DNA of 64,000 nucleotides, from assembly GCA_964577695.1 (NCBI GenBank), contig CAZOAL010000014.1, forward strand, positions 49,250-113,249, read 5' to 3'. The translations under genes were made by a program, and so were the position numbers. Positions within the stretch are counted from its first letter, which is position 1, and each line of letters starts with the position of its first letter. The notes below the pieces were generated by a model that worked only from the letters and a program-made list of their open reading frames with translations, made no database searches and had not been told where the DNA came from. Shown piece after piece: positions 51,468 through 61,570 of this stretch. Source of the stretch: an uncultured bacterium. Lineage in GTDB: Bacteria; Poribacteria; WGA-4E; PCPOR2b.

Positions 51468-52349
51468 TTATTTTTCCATTCTGCTCTTGATGTCCCCCCA
51501 GGTGAGGACGATTTTGGTTCTTGGATGAACGGCCTGAGGGGGTGTCAGTTTGCCTTTTCCGCGGACAATTCGCGCCCCGTTATGTCCGGTGAGCGTATTT
51601 CCATTCCCTGAAGCATCAGCGAACACAGTGGCGTCGGCTCGCTCGTCAAAGTGCCACAGCGCCATCGTGTGTTTATCTGGTTCGAGCGGTTCGTAGGGAG
51701 GCTGGAAATTGGAACGGTAACGAGCGATGTTAGAAATGCGAGCCTCTTCCACGGCCATATCAATACCTGTTCCACCCATGAAATAGAATTTTGACCGGGA
51801 CGGCCTGATTGGAAGCGCATGAAATCGCGTTTCTGCTTTTCCATCAAGAAACAGAATGCCGCCATCTTCCCTTCCTGGTTCGACGATGACAAACGCCACA
51901 TGGTGCCATTCGTTCAAGCTGGGCTTGGTTTCGCCGAAGTAAGCCGCAGGAGCCAACTCCTCCCCCGGACCTTTTGAGCCGCTCATAAAAAAGTACCACG
52001 CAAAGCGTCGACCCGTCGCCACCTCTGTGACAATAAAATCCCACTGCTTAAATTGGTAACTTCCTTCTACACCAAAGTCTCCGTCTTTACCAAAAATTAA
52101 ACTGTTAATGCCCGACATGCTTCGGACATAGAACCACATCTCAAAGGTTGCCTCTCCCTGGAGTTCTACGTCTAAGGTTCTATTCGATGGAGCCGATGCA
52201 AACGTCAGGAAGTCAGGAGTTTGGAGATATAACCAGCCGCCCCCCGTCGGTGATGCCTCCTGGGTGCTTGCGGTTGAAATCAGATTAACAAGAACAGATA
52301 AAAAGAGCCAAATGAATGACTGAGAGAGATAAGTGGCTTTGATTTGCAT
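51468..52349 (-). CDS. Secreted LamG/concanavalin-A-like lectin-domain protein
   Basis: Signal peptide. LALWHFDERADATVFADASGNGNTLTGHNGA is typical of LamG-type proteins. Confidence 0.55.
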   Translation of the reverse strand: MQIKATYLSQSFIWLFLSVLVNLISTASTQEASPTGGGWLYLQTPDFLTFASAPSNRTLDVELQGEATFEMWFYVRSMSGINSLIFGKDGDFGVEGSYQFKQWDFIVTEVATGRRFAWYFFMSGSKGPGEELAPAAYFGETKPSLNEWHHVAFVIVEPGREDGGILFLDGKAETRFHALPIRPSRSKFYFMGGTGIDMAVEEARISNIARYRSNFQPPYEPLEPDKHTMALWHFDERADATVFADASGNGNTLTGHNGARIVRGKGKLTPPQAVHPRTKIVLTWGDIKSRMEK

Positions 52350-52421
52350 AAGTGTCCTCTATATCGGTTATCATTGATACAAGTTATTCAAATTAGTTTG
52401 AGAACTAAAATCAAATTTGCC

Positions 52422-53585
52422 TCAATCGTCTAACCGCTTGCCGAACAGCGTGACCCAAAATGCGTCGTGCCATTCTTGAAACTTTGGCACCGCATAGTTC
52501 GCCTCACGGCAACGGCGAATCATACGGGGGATGCCTGTCCCAACTCGCTCACCATAGCCGAGGGCTTCGATTAACAAAAATAAGAGGGGATTGCGGGGGT
52601 GGTGGTCTCCAAACGGTAACAATTCAAGTGATGCTGCATTGGGCAAACCGCCGGGACTTCGGATTTCCAAGCGATCATCGAAGATAAAAACACTGATGTA
52701 CGCTGTCCGGATGCTGTAATCTCGATGAACGACCGCGTTGACAATTCCTTCGCGGACCACTTCGGGGAGATACTCAGGCACGTCCATCCGCTTGAGCCCC
52801 GATATCGTCGCACCTTGATTGGTATGCCGTTGGATAAAACCAATCGCTTGTTCAATCCCATCTGTCAGCGTGCCGATAGCTTCTTTCCGATCGATAAAAT
52901 CACACCCCGGATCGTTGCCTTTGAAACGCACAAGCTTGATTGCGCTTTGTGGTAGAAATCGTTGGGGTTCGTTACCAAACAGCAGTATCCCCGCCACTGT
53001 AACTGCCATGTCTTCAGTCAGTAGCCCTTTGTTCACAAAAAGACGGACGCGATCGATCTCAAATTCTTCGACTCGCTTTCCGGTCGTGCGTTGAAAATAG
53101 CGGTCAAGTTGTTCAGTATTGAGTTCTGCGATGCTGGTTCCATGAATCGGTGATTGATCAAATGCGAACAATCCCCCCTCCTGGAATAATCGACGTTCCT
53201 CCTCACGAGTTGCCTGACGTTTGGTTGTTCCACGCCGAATATATCGGGGTGAATAAGGTTTTGCGTAGCCTTGCGGAACTTCGATTACGATGACCTTTAC
53301 CCCATCAACCTCAATCACTTCAAATCGCAAATCGACAGGAGGGTAAATCAAATCCGAGGCGATATTCATCAGTCGCTCCTCGAGCTGGGCGCTCGACTGG
53401 ACGCCTATGATGTGGCCATCATCCCGCACGCCGATGATGAGAGAGCCACCCTGTGAATTTGCGAAGGCGGCAATCTCACAGGCAATATCGCGATTCGCTG
53501 ATTTTGTTTCCGCAAGTTCCTGCTTAAACTCAACGATCTCGCTTTCCCCTTGCGAGATGATTTTTAGTAGGTCTGACTGGTTCAT
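52422..53585 (-). CDS. AlbA_2 (Schlafen-like DNA-binding) plus HATPase_c_4 protein
   Basis: ESEIVEFKQEL...IAAFANSQGGSLIIGVRDDG (AlbA_2) and ...EGIVNAVVHRDY...RSPGGLP... (HATPase_c_4-like). Confidence 0.7.
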   Translation of the reverse strand: MNQSDLLKIISQGESEIVEFKQELAETKSANRDIACEIAAFANSQGGSLIIGVRDDGHIIGVQSSAQLEERLMNIASDLIYPPVDLRFEVIEVDGVKVIVIEVPQGYAKPYSPRYIRRGTTKRQATREEERRLFQEGGLFAFDQSPIHGTSIAELNTEQLDRYFQRTTGKRVEEFEIDRVRLFVNKGLLTEDMAVTVAGILLFGNEPQRFLPQSAIKLVRFKGNDPGCDFIDRKEAIGTLTDGIEQAIGFIQRHTNQGATISGLKRMDVPEYLPEVVREGIVNAVVHRDYSIRTAYISVFIFDDRLEIRSPGGLPNAASLELLPFGDHHPRNPLLFLLIEALGYGERVGTGIPRMIRRCREANYAVPKFQEWHDAFWVTLFGKRLDD

Positions 53586-53610
53586 CTGGCTGTCTCCTTC
53601 TGGTTGGCAA

Positions 53611-54408
53611 TCATGAAGTCATCCCGAGCGCGTATCGTGCCATAGCGATGCACTCACCCGCTGAAAAGACCAGATCGATTCCTAAATCGGCTAATTCGTC
53701 TCGGATTTCTCCGTAATCGAAATGCTCCTGGTCAAGCGTGAGCAAAATCACATATTCGTAAGCCTCAATCTGAGCCCGGGCAAATTTAAGGATGGATTCG
53801 TAGAGCTCACAATCGGTTTGTATACAAGGAGGTTCTCCTGCGAGATACCGCAAACGCGCTTTCGCCATTGCTTCTGGAATGTATGGAATCATCAGGCAAT
53901 GCTGTGACAAATCATTGAGGAGCTGATCAATCATTTCATCCCTTGCCTCGAGTTGATTAATCACTTCTGTCAATGCTGTTCGGGCATTTTGTACTGCTTC
54001 GCGAACATATTCACTTCGCCCGACTTGACGCAGCATACCTCGTGTTTTCTCCAATGCGTGTCGTGTCTGGACAAGATTGAGGTCTAATGTGGAGCGCGCT
54101 TCCTTAAAGCCAAATTCCGGAATTGCCAGCGTCATCGCACGATTTGCAGAAACGAAATCTATAATGGATTGAAAGTCACTTCCCTGTTCCAGAGCATAAC
54201 CGACCAAGAAGTTAGTTTCTGCGATAAGCAGAAGTTTTGACGAAGGCTTTGCGGAGCGAAGTTGGCTCGCCACTCTACCTTCTTGTGGTACTCGATTACT
54301 TCTCCTCATTAACATCTCCACTGAGTACGCTTGCTCTCGCTTGTTTACGGTCTTTCCAAGTTTCAAGGGCACGCTGTCCTTTGGGATCGCTTTGGCGACG
54401 TTGCTCAA
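53611..54408 (-). CDS. Hypothetical protein, possibly PIN-like with a long helical insert
   Basis: KLLLIAETNFLVG..., ...DCELYESILKFAR..., ...VILLTLDQEHFD resemble PIN strand/acidic positions. Weak. The real start is probably near 54309. Confidence 0.35.
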   Translation of the reverse strand: MSNVAKAIPKDSVPLKLGKTVNKREQAYSVEMLMRRSNRVPQEGRVASQLRSAKPSSKLLLIAETNFLVGYALEQGSDFQSIIDFVSANRAMTLAIPEFGFKEARSTLDLNLVQTRHALEKTRGMLRQVGRSEYVREAVQNARTALTEVINQLEARDEMIDQLLNDLSQHCLMIPYIPEAMAKARLRYLAGEPPCIQTDCELYESILKFARAQIEAYEYVILLTLDQEHFDYGEIRDELADLGIDLVFSAGECIAMARYALGMTS

Positions 54409-54607
54409 GGTACAGACGATACATTTCGTCTTTGATTCCTTGAGGAATTTCTGCTAATAATTTTATATGCCTTTTGACAAGTTCGCTCTGCGGTTCCCAA
54501 TCATCAGGCACTTGATACGGTGGAATATCATAATCCCTTAGCAATTTGCGCTTGCGTTTCTTCGGTTCTTCGCTCATGTTGCTCCCCTTTATGAATGCCC
54601 CCTGCAC
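54296..54607 (-). CDS. Small basic hypothetical protein (antitoxin-like position)
   Basis: About 90-100-aa ORF overlapping the downstream gene. Confidence 0.3.
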   Translation of the reverse strand: MQGAFIKGSNMSEEPKKRKRKLLRDYDIPPYQVPDDWEPQSELVKRHIKLLAEIPQGIKDEMYRLYLEQRRQSDPKGQRALETWKDRKQARASVLSGDVNEEK

Positions 54608-54616
54608 CTGTGGACT

Positions 54617-55624
54617 TTACCAATCAAAGGTGGTTTTCAGTTGAACCCGCTTCCCTGTTTTCTCTGATTCGTGTTCTGCCAACAAGATTTCAACAACATG
54701 TCTGCCATGTTCAGGGGTTCCTTTGGGGGGCAGGTCTTCCAATATGCACTGGACAAAATGACGGTGCGGGGCATTCGGCATGCCGGGTGGAAGTTCAGGG
54801 GCATACCACCCTTTATCGCGCTGGTCGTTGAGATGAACCAAAATGCTATGCCCTGCCCAACCGAGATAGATCGTTCCCTTCGTGCCGTAGATCGCCGTTC
54901 CCTCCTGGGCGGCTTGTTGCGTCCAACTCGTTTCGGCGGAGCCGATTGCGCCGCTGGCAAATTCAAGCTGGACGATCGCATTATCGTCGATCCGCACACC
55001 AGGTTCCAACGACTTCACCAGTCCGACGGCACTGACAGCGGGGCCCAGCAACCCCGTGATTGCGCTGACGGAGTAAACCCCCATATCGAACGAAGCGCCC
55101 ACTTTGGCGATGTCGGGGTTATAGAACCAGGATTGCCGACCTGGGCCACCATGGGCGACCCGACACCGTCCCTGACAGATTTGACCGAGGTCGCCGTTTT
55201 TGATCAGCTCCAACGCCTTCTCATAAGGGGGATTCCAGTTGTACGGAAAACAATAGGTCTTCAATCCATGCTTTCGCCCCTCAACCGCTGCATCGACGAG
55301 CGTGTTTGCATCTTCGATGGAGAGCGTCATCGGTTTTTGGACGAGCACATGTTTCCCCGCCTTGAGGACATCGGCCCCGATTGCCGCATGGGTTTCATGC
55401 CATGTACACACAATGACAGCATCAATATCATCGCGTGCGAGCAGTTGATGATAGTCTTCATAATAGGCTTTTGCCTTATATTCTGCTGCCATCGCTTTGG
55501 CTTTTTCAACAGTGATATCCGCGCAGGCGATCAGCTCTGCTTCCGCAATTGCTGTCATGTCGCGCAAATGAAAGCCGCGCGCAATTCCACCACAACCGAT
55601 AATTCCATAACGGACTGTGTCCAT
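54617..55624 (-). CDS. Gfo/Idh/MocA-family oxidoreductase
   Basis: MDTVRYGIIGCGGIARGFH. Confidence 0.85.
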   Translation of the reverse strand: MDTVRYGIIGCGGIARGFHLRDMTAIAEAELIACADITVEKAKAMAAEYKAKAYYEDYHQLLARDDIDAVIVCTWHETHAAIGADVLKAGKHVLVQKPMTLSIEDANTLVDAAVEGRKHGLKTYCFPYNWNPPYEKALELIKNGDLGQICQGRCRVAHGGPGRQSWFYNPDIAKVGASFDMGVYSVSAITGLLGPAVSAVGLVKSLEPGVRIDDNAIVQLEFASGAIGSAETSWTQQAAQEGTAIYGTKGTIYLGWAGHSILVHLNDQRDKGWYAPELPPGMPNAPHRHFVQCILEDLPPKGTPEHGRHVVEILLAEHESEKTGKRVQLKTTFDW

Positions 55625-55782
55625 CTCATCCTCCTCGTTTGCCAACCCCGATCACAGATCGGGGGTAAAAGCGGATTTGTAACGATTGGTGACATGAAAC
55701 GGTATCATTTGTCTCAATCTCTGCTTTCACCAACCTTCCGAAGGTTTCGTTGAACTTCTCACACACCCTCTAAGTCAGTAAC

Positions 55783-56022
55783 TCATAGTGAGTAAACTGG
55801 CACAAGAACTTCTCGCTCTGCCTTTCGGCGGCCACAAACGGTATCTTCGATAGTCTTGAGGACGTTAGCCGCATAATAGCGTGTCCCACACGCTTTACAA
55901 ACACCTGCGGGGACATTCTCAATAATGATATATCTCCCTTCGATTTTTCGGGGGAGCTCAACTCTCCTCTCGACAATAGGTCCATTACAGTATTCACAAC
56001 GTTCCCCTTCCCAAAATCCCAT
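55783..56022 (-). CDS. YgiT-type (MqsA N-terminal-like) zinc-finger protein
   Basis: CEYCNG...IIIENVPAGVCKACGTRYY. Confidence 0.6.
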   Translation of the reverse strand: MGFWEGERCEYCNGPIVERRVELPRKIEGRYIIIENVPAGVCKACGTRYYAANVLKTIEDTVCGRRKAEREVLVPVYSL

Positions 56023-56127
56023 GACTGTTTCGCCTCCTCTCATTTCTTTGGTCTATCTTCATAGACCGTTAGGCATGTTTCAGAAACTGCACACACTTTT
56101 TGTGATTGAGAGCAGGAAACCTACACG

Positions 56128-56189
56128 GATGGAAGGATGGAAGAATGGAAGGTTGCCTACTTCCATCCTTCCATTCTTCCATCCTTCCA
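56128..56189. repeat. Inverted octamer block (GGAAGGAT/GGAAGAAT)n // (ATCCTTCC/ATTCTTCC)n
   Basis: ggatggaaggatggaagaatggaagg ttgcctac ttccatccttccattcttccatccttcc. Confidence 0.9.
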
Positions 56190-56303
56190 AAGAGTCAAGT
56201 CATTTTCGGGGGAATTTGAAACATGCCATCTTGCTCAATAAGAGTCTCCATCAATGTCACCGTGGATTCCGATCGTTCGTCAACTAAATAATGACATGAG
56301 AAG

Positions 56304-56525
56304 TTACGCTTTGACTACAACCTCATCTGCAAGTCCACGCCGTATGGCGTGCATGAGCGGCTTGTCCACCAAAGTCTCCGCAGTCGCCTTCCACTCCTCC
56401 AACTCTGTCCAACTCAGGTAACTTGCCAACTCCAACCGCTCACGGTCGGTCATACGACGGATAAGTTCGGCAACAGCGACCGGCAACGGAGAGGGTTGTT
56501 TTGTCTTGACAGTGGTTCTTGCCAT
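56304..56525 (-). CDS. Hypothetical small protein
   Basis: ORF trimmed to MARTTVKTK. No family. Confidence 0.3.
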   Translation of the reverse strand: MARTTVKTKQPSPLPVAVAELIRRMTDRERLELASYLSWTELEEWKATAETLVDKPLMHAIRRGLADEVVVKA

Positions 56526-56552
56526 GCAATTCACCTCCACAAGAACGCCAAT

Positions 56553-56918
56553 TCAAAGGTACATCCCCTTACGAACAATAATCGATTTCTCCTGGGGTTT
56601 GCGAATATAGGTGAGTGACTGCTTGAAGATTAAGACTTCAGCAGGGGACTCTTCGTCGGACGTTGTAACGCTGATGAGGTAAGGGGTGATCCAATTCACC
56701 TTGCCTTTGATTGGGTCATTGCCGAATGTCCCAAATTCGAGAACGTCCTCTTTACTGAACAGCGATTCAAACTCATCTGGTTCTGTTGATGATAAGCCGA
56801 GCTCGGCGCGTAACTGCTCAATCTCTTTTTTGAGCAGCTCAATTCCTTTTTGATTTTGTTGGACCTGCTCCTTCAGCGCCTGAATCACATCTGTGGCAAC
56901 CTTTGTTTCGTTAGGCAT
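56553..56918 (-). CDS. Hypothetical protein with an N-terminal coiled coil
   Basis: 121-aa ORF. IQALKEQVQQNQKGIELLKKEIEQLRAEL. Confidence 0.35.
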   Translation of the reverse strand: MPNETKVATDVIQALKEQVQQNQKGIELLKKEIEQLRAELGLSSTEPDEFESLFSKEDVLEFGTFGNDPIKGKVNWITPYLISVTTSDEESPAEVLIFKQSLTYIRKPQEKSIIVRKGMYL

Positions 56919-56965
56919 CGCTTGTTAGTGCCCTCCTGCGAGTCGTAACATAAGTGAATAGAGAT

Positions 56966-57312
56966 GAGCGTGAAACGTAAAACGTGATGCGTGGGACGAA
57001 TCCTTCCTTTTATACTTAGAGCCGCCATAAATTGCGCTTTTGTATTCTGCATCTTGCATCTTGAATCCTGAATGATTGCTTGTAGGAAAAGCGCAATTTG
57101 ATGCAGTATTGAGTATATTTCTTTCCTTCCCTTTCTTCCTTTCCTTCCTCTTGAACGGGCGAGCCGCCCGCTCTACTTCCTTCCTTTCCCCACTGCTCCC
57201 TTTCTCCCCCTCTCCTTCCCTTCCATCCATTCTTCCATCCTTCCTTTACTTCCATTCCCTCCGATTGCTCTATCGTCCTATCACCCCATCGTCCCATCGT
57301 TCTGTTGTCCTA
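56966..57312. repeat. Long composite short-tandem-repeat tract (GTGAAAC/GTAAAAC; TGCATCT/TGAATCC; CT-rich CCTTCC units; ATCGTCCT octamers)
   Basis: Read directly from the sequence. The listed ORFs 56925..57230, 57016..57297 and 57076..57639 are translations of it. Confidence 0.85.
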
Positions 57313-58928
57313 TCGTCCAGCACAGCATTCTCAAGGCTTTCTTCCATCATTCTGATGATGAAAGGGTGCTCATCCAATGGAGTGATAGATTGCTTACCAA
57401 GGTGTAACGCCGCGGCTAAAGCGATCTCTGCTTCCACCGTTTTATCCTCCTCGATTTCATCGGGATCCAAAGCCACTTGTCGAAACAGGCAATCGGCAGC
57501 ATACTCCAGGTCTCGACGAATGCGCTCCCGTTGCGGCTCAAAAACGTCGCGAGCGTATCGCTTGAGTAACCGGTCAATTTCCCTTTCCAGACGCCTGCCA
57601 TGGTATCTGTCCATGAGGGCTTCGAGTTGTTCTGCGTAATGATACGTTTCAGGGGATTGATCTAACCAGTTCATAAATTCATCGCATTCGTGAAGTTCAT
57701 AAGATTCCTCGAGCAGATCGAGATTAGAGCGAATGGCCTCAAAATTCGGGACCAACTCCGCCCATCGCAGGATATACGGTTCGGGTGAAATATCTGCATC
57801 TCGAAAGAACGATTTCCACAGAACAAAAGTGGGAGGAACCGGCTGGGCGTTTTCCCGATTTTGCCACAATGCATCTTTGAGCAGAAGGAGTCCGTACTCA
57901 TAGCGAATCTCGCTCCCCCCGACCTCTTCTTGTAAGGCTTCGACAGCTTCATCGAATTCCACCCCGGAGAGGGACTTTGAACCGTAACAGTCAGCCAGGC
58001 CGATGCCAGATTTCAGCATCAGATTGACCGATTCGACATGCGATTTATCGGTTCCCACATAGCGTGAAAACGCAAGGATGCGACTGCCTGTACCGTCGAA
58101 AAATGACAAAATAATCTTGTAGATTTCACCATCCGGTGGATTCTCGGTCAAACGGGGCGGCTGAACCTCCATCAGTCTGAGTCGCCGCGCTGATTTCTCG
58201 GCTGCCTGCTTGAGTGCTGCATCCTGTATTTCCGCTATGATTTCGCTTAATGCTGCCAACGCCAGTGGGCTCTTAATCTTTCCGAGATAGGAGATCGCAG
58301 CTTCGGCAATTTGCGGCTCCCCTAGAACGGCTAATACTTTCAGCAACGAAACCGCTCGCGCATCTTTCCTCTCGCCAAACTGTGTGACCAGTTCCATTTT
58401 CGCCTGTGGGGGAAATTCTTGGTAATTCTCCAACAAAAAGGTGATGGCTTCATCGCTGTTTTGCATCGCGACGAGCATCTCTTCTGTGCTTTGCGCCATG
58501 ACTGCCTCGATGTCGTCGAACGCTTCCTCGAAAATCTCCGCAAATTCGGGGTCTCTCGTGTCAATGCCGTAGCTGGCGAGGGTCGATAACAGACGGAGCT
58601 TGACCTTCTCACTGGTTTCTGCATCCACGAAAATGTCAATGAGGGGCTCAACAATCTCTTCATCTCCAAGGTACTCCAGAGCGTAAGTGATAATCTCGAT
58701 CGTTTCATCGTCGTCGCAACGATGCAGTAAATCTAACAGGACAGAAGGGACATGGGGACCCATCTGTATCAGTTCTTCCATTTTTTCATCCGCTTCAAAG
58801 GGAGTGAGATCTGGCATCTGTTTAATCGCTTCGAGAAAATCTATAACCTGACGGCGCCTCATCAGCGTGTAATCGATTTTAGAGGTTCGCCTATTCTGGT
58901 TTTTGTTCATTATTTTTGAGACCTCCAT
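57270..58928 (-). CDS. Large helical-repeat (HEAT-like) hypothetical protein
   Basis: Acidic helical repeats (VLLDLLHRCDDDETIEIITYALEYLGDEEIVEPL...). The start is trimmed below the hairpin at 58946-58978. Confidence 0.45.
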   Translation of the reverse strand: MEVSKIMNKNQNRRTSKIDYTLMRRRQVIDFLEAIKQMPDLTPFEADEKMEELIQMGPHVPSVLLDLLHRCDDDETIEIITYALEYLGDEEIVEPLIDIFVDAETSEKVKLRLLSTLASYGIDTRDPEFAEIFEEAFDDIEAVMAQSTEEMLVAMQNSDEAITFLLENYQEFPPQAKMELVTQFGERKDARAVSLLKVLAVLGEPQIAEAAISYLGKIKSPLALAALSEIIAEIQDAALKQAAEKSARRLRLMEVQPPRLTENPPDGEIYKIILSFFDGTGSRILAFSRYVGTDKSHVESVNLMLKSGIGLADCYGSKSLSGVEFDEAVEALQEEVGGSEIRYEYGLLLLKDALWQNRENAQPVPPTFVLWKSFFRDADISPEPYILRWAELVPNFEAIRSNLDLLEESYELHECDEFMNWLDQSPETYHYAEQLEALMDRYHGRRLEREIDRLLKRYARDVFEPQRERIRRDLEYAADCLFRQVALDPDEIEEDKTVEAEIALAAALHLGKQSITPLDEHPFIIRMMEESLENAVLDDRTTERWDDGVIGR

Positions 58929-58945
58929 GAAACGTCGCGGGGAAA

Positions 58946-58978
58946 AGAAACCGAGTTTTTTGGAAAAACTCGGTTTCT
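58946..58978. repeat. GAAACCGAGTTTTT-family perfect hairpin
   Basis: agaaaccgagttttt tgg aaaaactcggtttct. Confidence 0.85.
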
Positions 58979-59126
58979 TCATCTCCACACATGCAAAAAC
59001 TTTTGGGCAGGTACTTAGCTTGACTTTGTTAAATTAGAATCGGTATGAAATACCCCAGCGCGCACGGTTGCGAGCAGTTCGCGCTCCAAATCTGTATCTT
59101 TAGTCAACAAGGTGTTCACCTCCACA

Positions 59127-60911
59127 TTAAAACTTCCACACCCACGGGATGATTGCCACAGCGGTCACCCAGATGAGCAGGTCTAACGGCACACCTATCC
59201 GCAGGTAATCGCTGAAGCGATAGCCGCCCGGGCCGTAGACCATCATGTGCGTTTGGTAGCCAAGGGGGGTCGCGAAGCCACATGAGGCGGCTATCATGAC
59301 GGCGACCCCAAACGGCATGAAGTTCACCTGAAGGTTTTCGGCCGTTGCGATGGCGATCGGGAAAACCAGCACTGCCGCGGCGTTGTTCGTCAGCAATTCC
59401 GTCATCACCAGTGTCACACCATACACCACAGCCAGCACGACCCATGGGTTCTGGCCAGCCAGACCGATTAACGTTTGGGCGATTGCTTCCGCCACACCGC
59501 TCACCTGCAAAGCCCTCCCAATCCCGAAAGACGCGGCAATGACCAGCAGCACCTGCAAATCAACGCTACGTCTGGCTGTAGTTCCTGAACAGCATCGGGT
59601 GAGGAGCATCAAGCCCGCAGCCAACGACGCGGCTTTGAGCATGCTCATCCAATTCATCGCTGCCACAACAACCATCCCCATCAGAATGGCAAGCGCCACC
59701 CAAGCCCGGTCATAACGCGGCGGCGTCGAATTCTCTACCGGGCTGACCAGGAAAAAGTCGCGTGAGTTCCGCTGCTGTTCTACAAAAGATGGGTAGGTTT
59801 CCAACAGAAGCGTGTCGCCGGCCTGCAAGACAATGTCGCCGATTTTCTTGCGGATGCGTTCGCCGTTGCGAGCCACCGCGACCACGACCGCGTTGTACAC
59901 CGTGCGGAATCGCCCATCGCGGATGGATTTCCCGATGAGTGAACAGGTGTTGGAGACGACCGCCTCAATCAGGCAACGTTCTGACCGCGGGGTGTCAAGT
60001 TTGAAAATCTGATCGGGCGCGGGCGTCAAACCATGGATTTTTTGCAAGTCCACCACGGATTCCACGATGCCTACAAAGATGAGGCGGTCGTTCACCTGTA
60101 ATCGTTCCAGGGGGGAGACAGCTACTAACACCTCATCCTCCCGGTCAATCTCCATCAGGTATAGCCCCGGCAGGTGACGCAGCCCAGCACCCTCAATGGT
60201 CTGGCCCACCAACGTGCTGTATGGCTCCACGAGCATCTCTACCGTGTATTCTCTTGAGTCATCATCCGTTGGGCTGATCGCCGGGCGTCGATCTGGGAGC
60301 AGCCGCCGACCCAACAGCAGGACATAAACCAGACCCACTACGGCGCACGGCAACCCCACCCATGTGATGTCGAACATCTTCAAGCTGGGCAGATGGGCTT
60401 GGACCAGTAACCCATTCACCACCAGGTTCGTGCTTGTGCCAATCATCGTGCATATCCCGCCGAGAATCGCCGCGTAGCTGAGCGGAATCATCAGTTTGGA
60501 CACGGGCAGGCGGTTCCGCTTCGCCCAGTCTGCGATCACCGGCATGAACATCGCCACCACCGGCGTGTTGTTTATGAACGCGCTCATGATAATAACAGGA
60601 CCCATCATCCACGCCTGGGCGGCAACCACTGACTTGGGCCGCCTCAATAGACGCTGCATCACCAAGCTCATCGCCCCAGTCTCTTCTAGCGCCGCTGCCA
60701 CCACGAAAAGCACGGCGACTGTGACCATGCCTTCGTTGGCAAAACCGGAAAGGGCTTCCTGGGGTGTCAGCACCCCCACCAATAACAACACAATCAAACC
60801 CGCTAGAACGATTAAATCCGGGCCGATGCGAGTGAACGCCAACAGCCCAACCACAAGTCCTACAACGCCTAACGTTGTCCACGCTTGCCAACCCAGTGCA
60901 GTCCAGCTCAT
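59127..60911 (-). CDS. SLC13/DASS-family permease with two central TrkA-C domains
   Basis: Multiple transmembrane segments on both sides of a roughly 200-aa soluble insert (EYTVEMLVEPYSTLVGQTIEGAGLRHLPGLYLMEIDRE...; CLIEAVVSNTCSLIGKSIRD...). Confidence 0.85.
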   Translation of the reverse strand: MSWTALGWQAWTTLGVVGLVVGLLAFTRIGPDLIVLAGLIVLLLVGVLTPQEALSGFANEGMVTVAVLFVVAAALEETGAMSLVMQRLLRRPKSVVAAQAWMMGPVIIMSAFINNTPVVAMFMPVIADWAKRNRLPVSKLMIPLSYAAILGGICTMIGTSTNLVVNGLLVQAHLPSLKMFDITWVGLPCAVVGLVYVLLLGRRLLPDRRPAISPTDDDSREYTVEMLVEPYSTLVGQTIEGAGLRHLPGLYLMEIDREDEVLVAVSPLERLQVNDRLIFVGIVESVVDLQKIHGLTPAPDQIFKLDTPRSERCLIEAVVSNTCSLIGKSIRDGRFRTVYNAVVVAVARNGERIRKKIGDIVLQAGDTLLLETYPSFVEQQRNSRDFFLVSPVENSTPPRYDRAWVALAILMGMVVVAAMNWMSMLKAASLAAGLMLLTRCCSGTTARRSVDLQVLLVIAASFGIGRALQVSGVAEAIAQTLIGLAGQNPWVVLAVVYGVTLVMTELLTNNAAAVLVFPIAIATAENLQVNFMPFGVAVMIAASCGFATPLGYQTHMMVYGPGGYRFSDYLRIGVPLDLLIWVTAVAIIPWVWKF

Positions 60912-61251
60912 TCACAATCCTCCCCAAGCGCCAATCAAGTTCAAATCAAATGTGTCAATAGAAGCGTTATCTGATAAGGCGAACAAAGGATAGCATTTGA
61001 ACAGATCCTTGTCAAGAGTTTTTAATTAACCATACGTCCCAACGCCCTTCAAAACAGGAGGCAAAACGATGCCATCGAAAGCAGACCTCACCCGAAATGA
61101 CCCCCTTCCACATTCACAGGACTATTCGGAAAAAACAGGCAGACAGTTCCAAGTCCTCCTTGTCGATGCAGCGGACGCGCCCGTACAACCGAATGTGCTT
61201 TCGCAATGTGGCGTTATCGCATCTGTTGGAACAAGCACCCCAAATTTTTAC

Positions 61252-61280
61252 TTGCATAATCTGAGTCATTATGATAATAT
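61252..61280 (+). promoter_or_regulatory. Sigma70-type promoter: TTGCAT, 17 nt, TAATAT
   Basis: ttgcat (61252-61257), a 17-nt spacer, then taatat (61275-61280). Confidence 0.45.
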
Positions 61281-61288
61281 TTATGTGA

Positions 61289-61336
61289 ACCGCGAAGAAT
61301 CTTTCCACCAGTGGAAAGGCGCATCGCGGTTTTTTA
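61289..61336 (+). terminator. Intrinsic terminator/attenuator hairpin immediately after the promoter
   Basis: ACCGCGAagaatCTTTCCAccagTGGAAAGgcgcaTCGCGGTtttttat. Confidence 0.55.
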
Positions 61337-61542
61337 TATGTCATAAATCCAGTCTTATGGATTTTCGGAAGCCGTTGTATGAATTATTTTGTGTGACAAT
61401 GAAGGTTAAAAAATGCCATCGCCCATGCCTATTGATCGGGAGCGGTGAGACGCTCGCTACCGGAATTGGGGCGCGTCGAGGTGCAACGTGAAATCGCATC
61501 TTTAGCGCACGGTTGCTATTTTCTTAATCTGCCTGCCGAAGA

Positions 61543-61570
61543 GTGGGATTCAGTGTCCCGCTTTTTTATT
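61543..61570 (+). terminator. Second intrinsic-terminator-like hairpin, about 30 nt upstream of rimP
   Basis: GTGGGAttcagtgTCCCGCttttttatt. Confidence 0.45.

Noticed and set aside
54671-55753. 360-aa plus-strand ORF
   Set aside because: It is antisense to the Gfo/Idh/MocA gene (54617..55624), which has the canonical Rossmann N-terminus.
61069-61491. 140-aa ORF with a good Shine-Dalgarno sequence upstream of rimP
   Set aside because: It spans a near-consensus promoter and a strong intrinsic terminator. Its second half is AT-rich with an implausible composition (FFICHKSSLMDFRKPLYELFCV). At most a short leader peptide could be real.
61470-61570. Resemblance to tmRNA (GGGGCGCGTCGAGG... and ...CTTTAGCGCAC...TTAATCTGCC)
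   Set aside because: The region is far too short for a tmRNA, which is about 350 nt. It has no tRNA-like acceptor/T-arm pairing, no ...ALAA-stop tag frame, and a terminator only 100 nt downstream. The similarity is judged coincidental.
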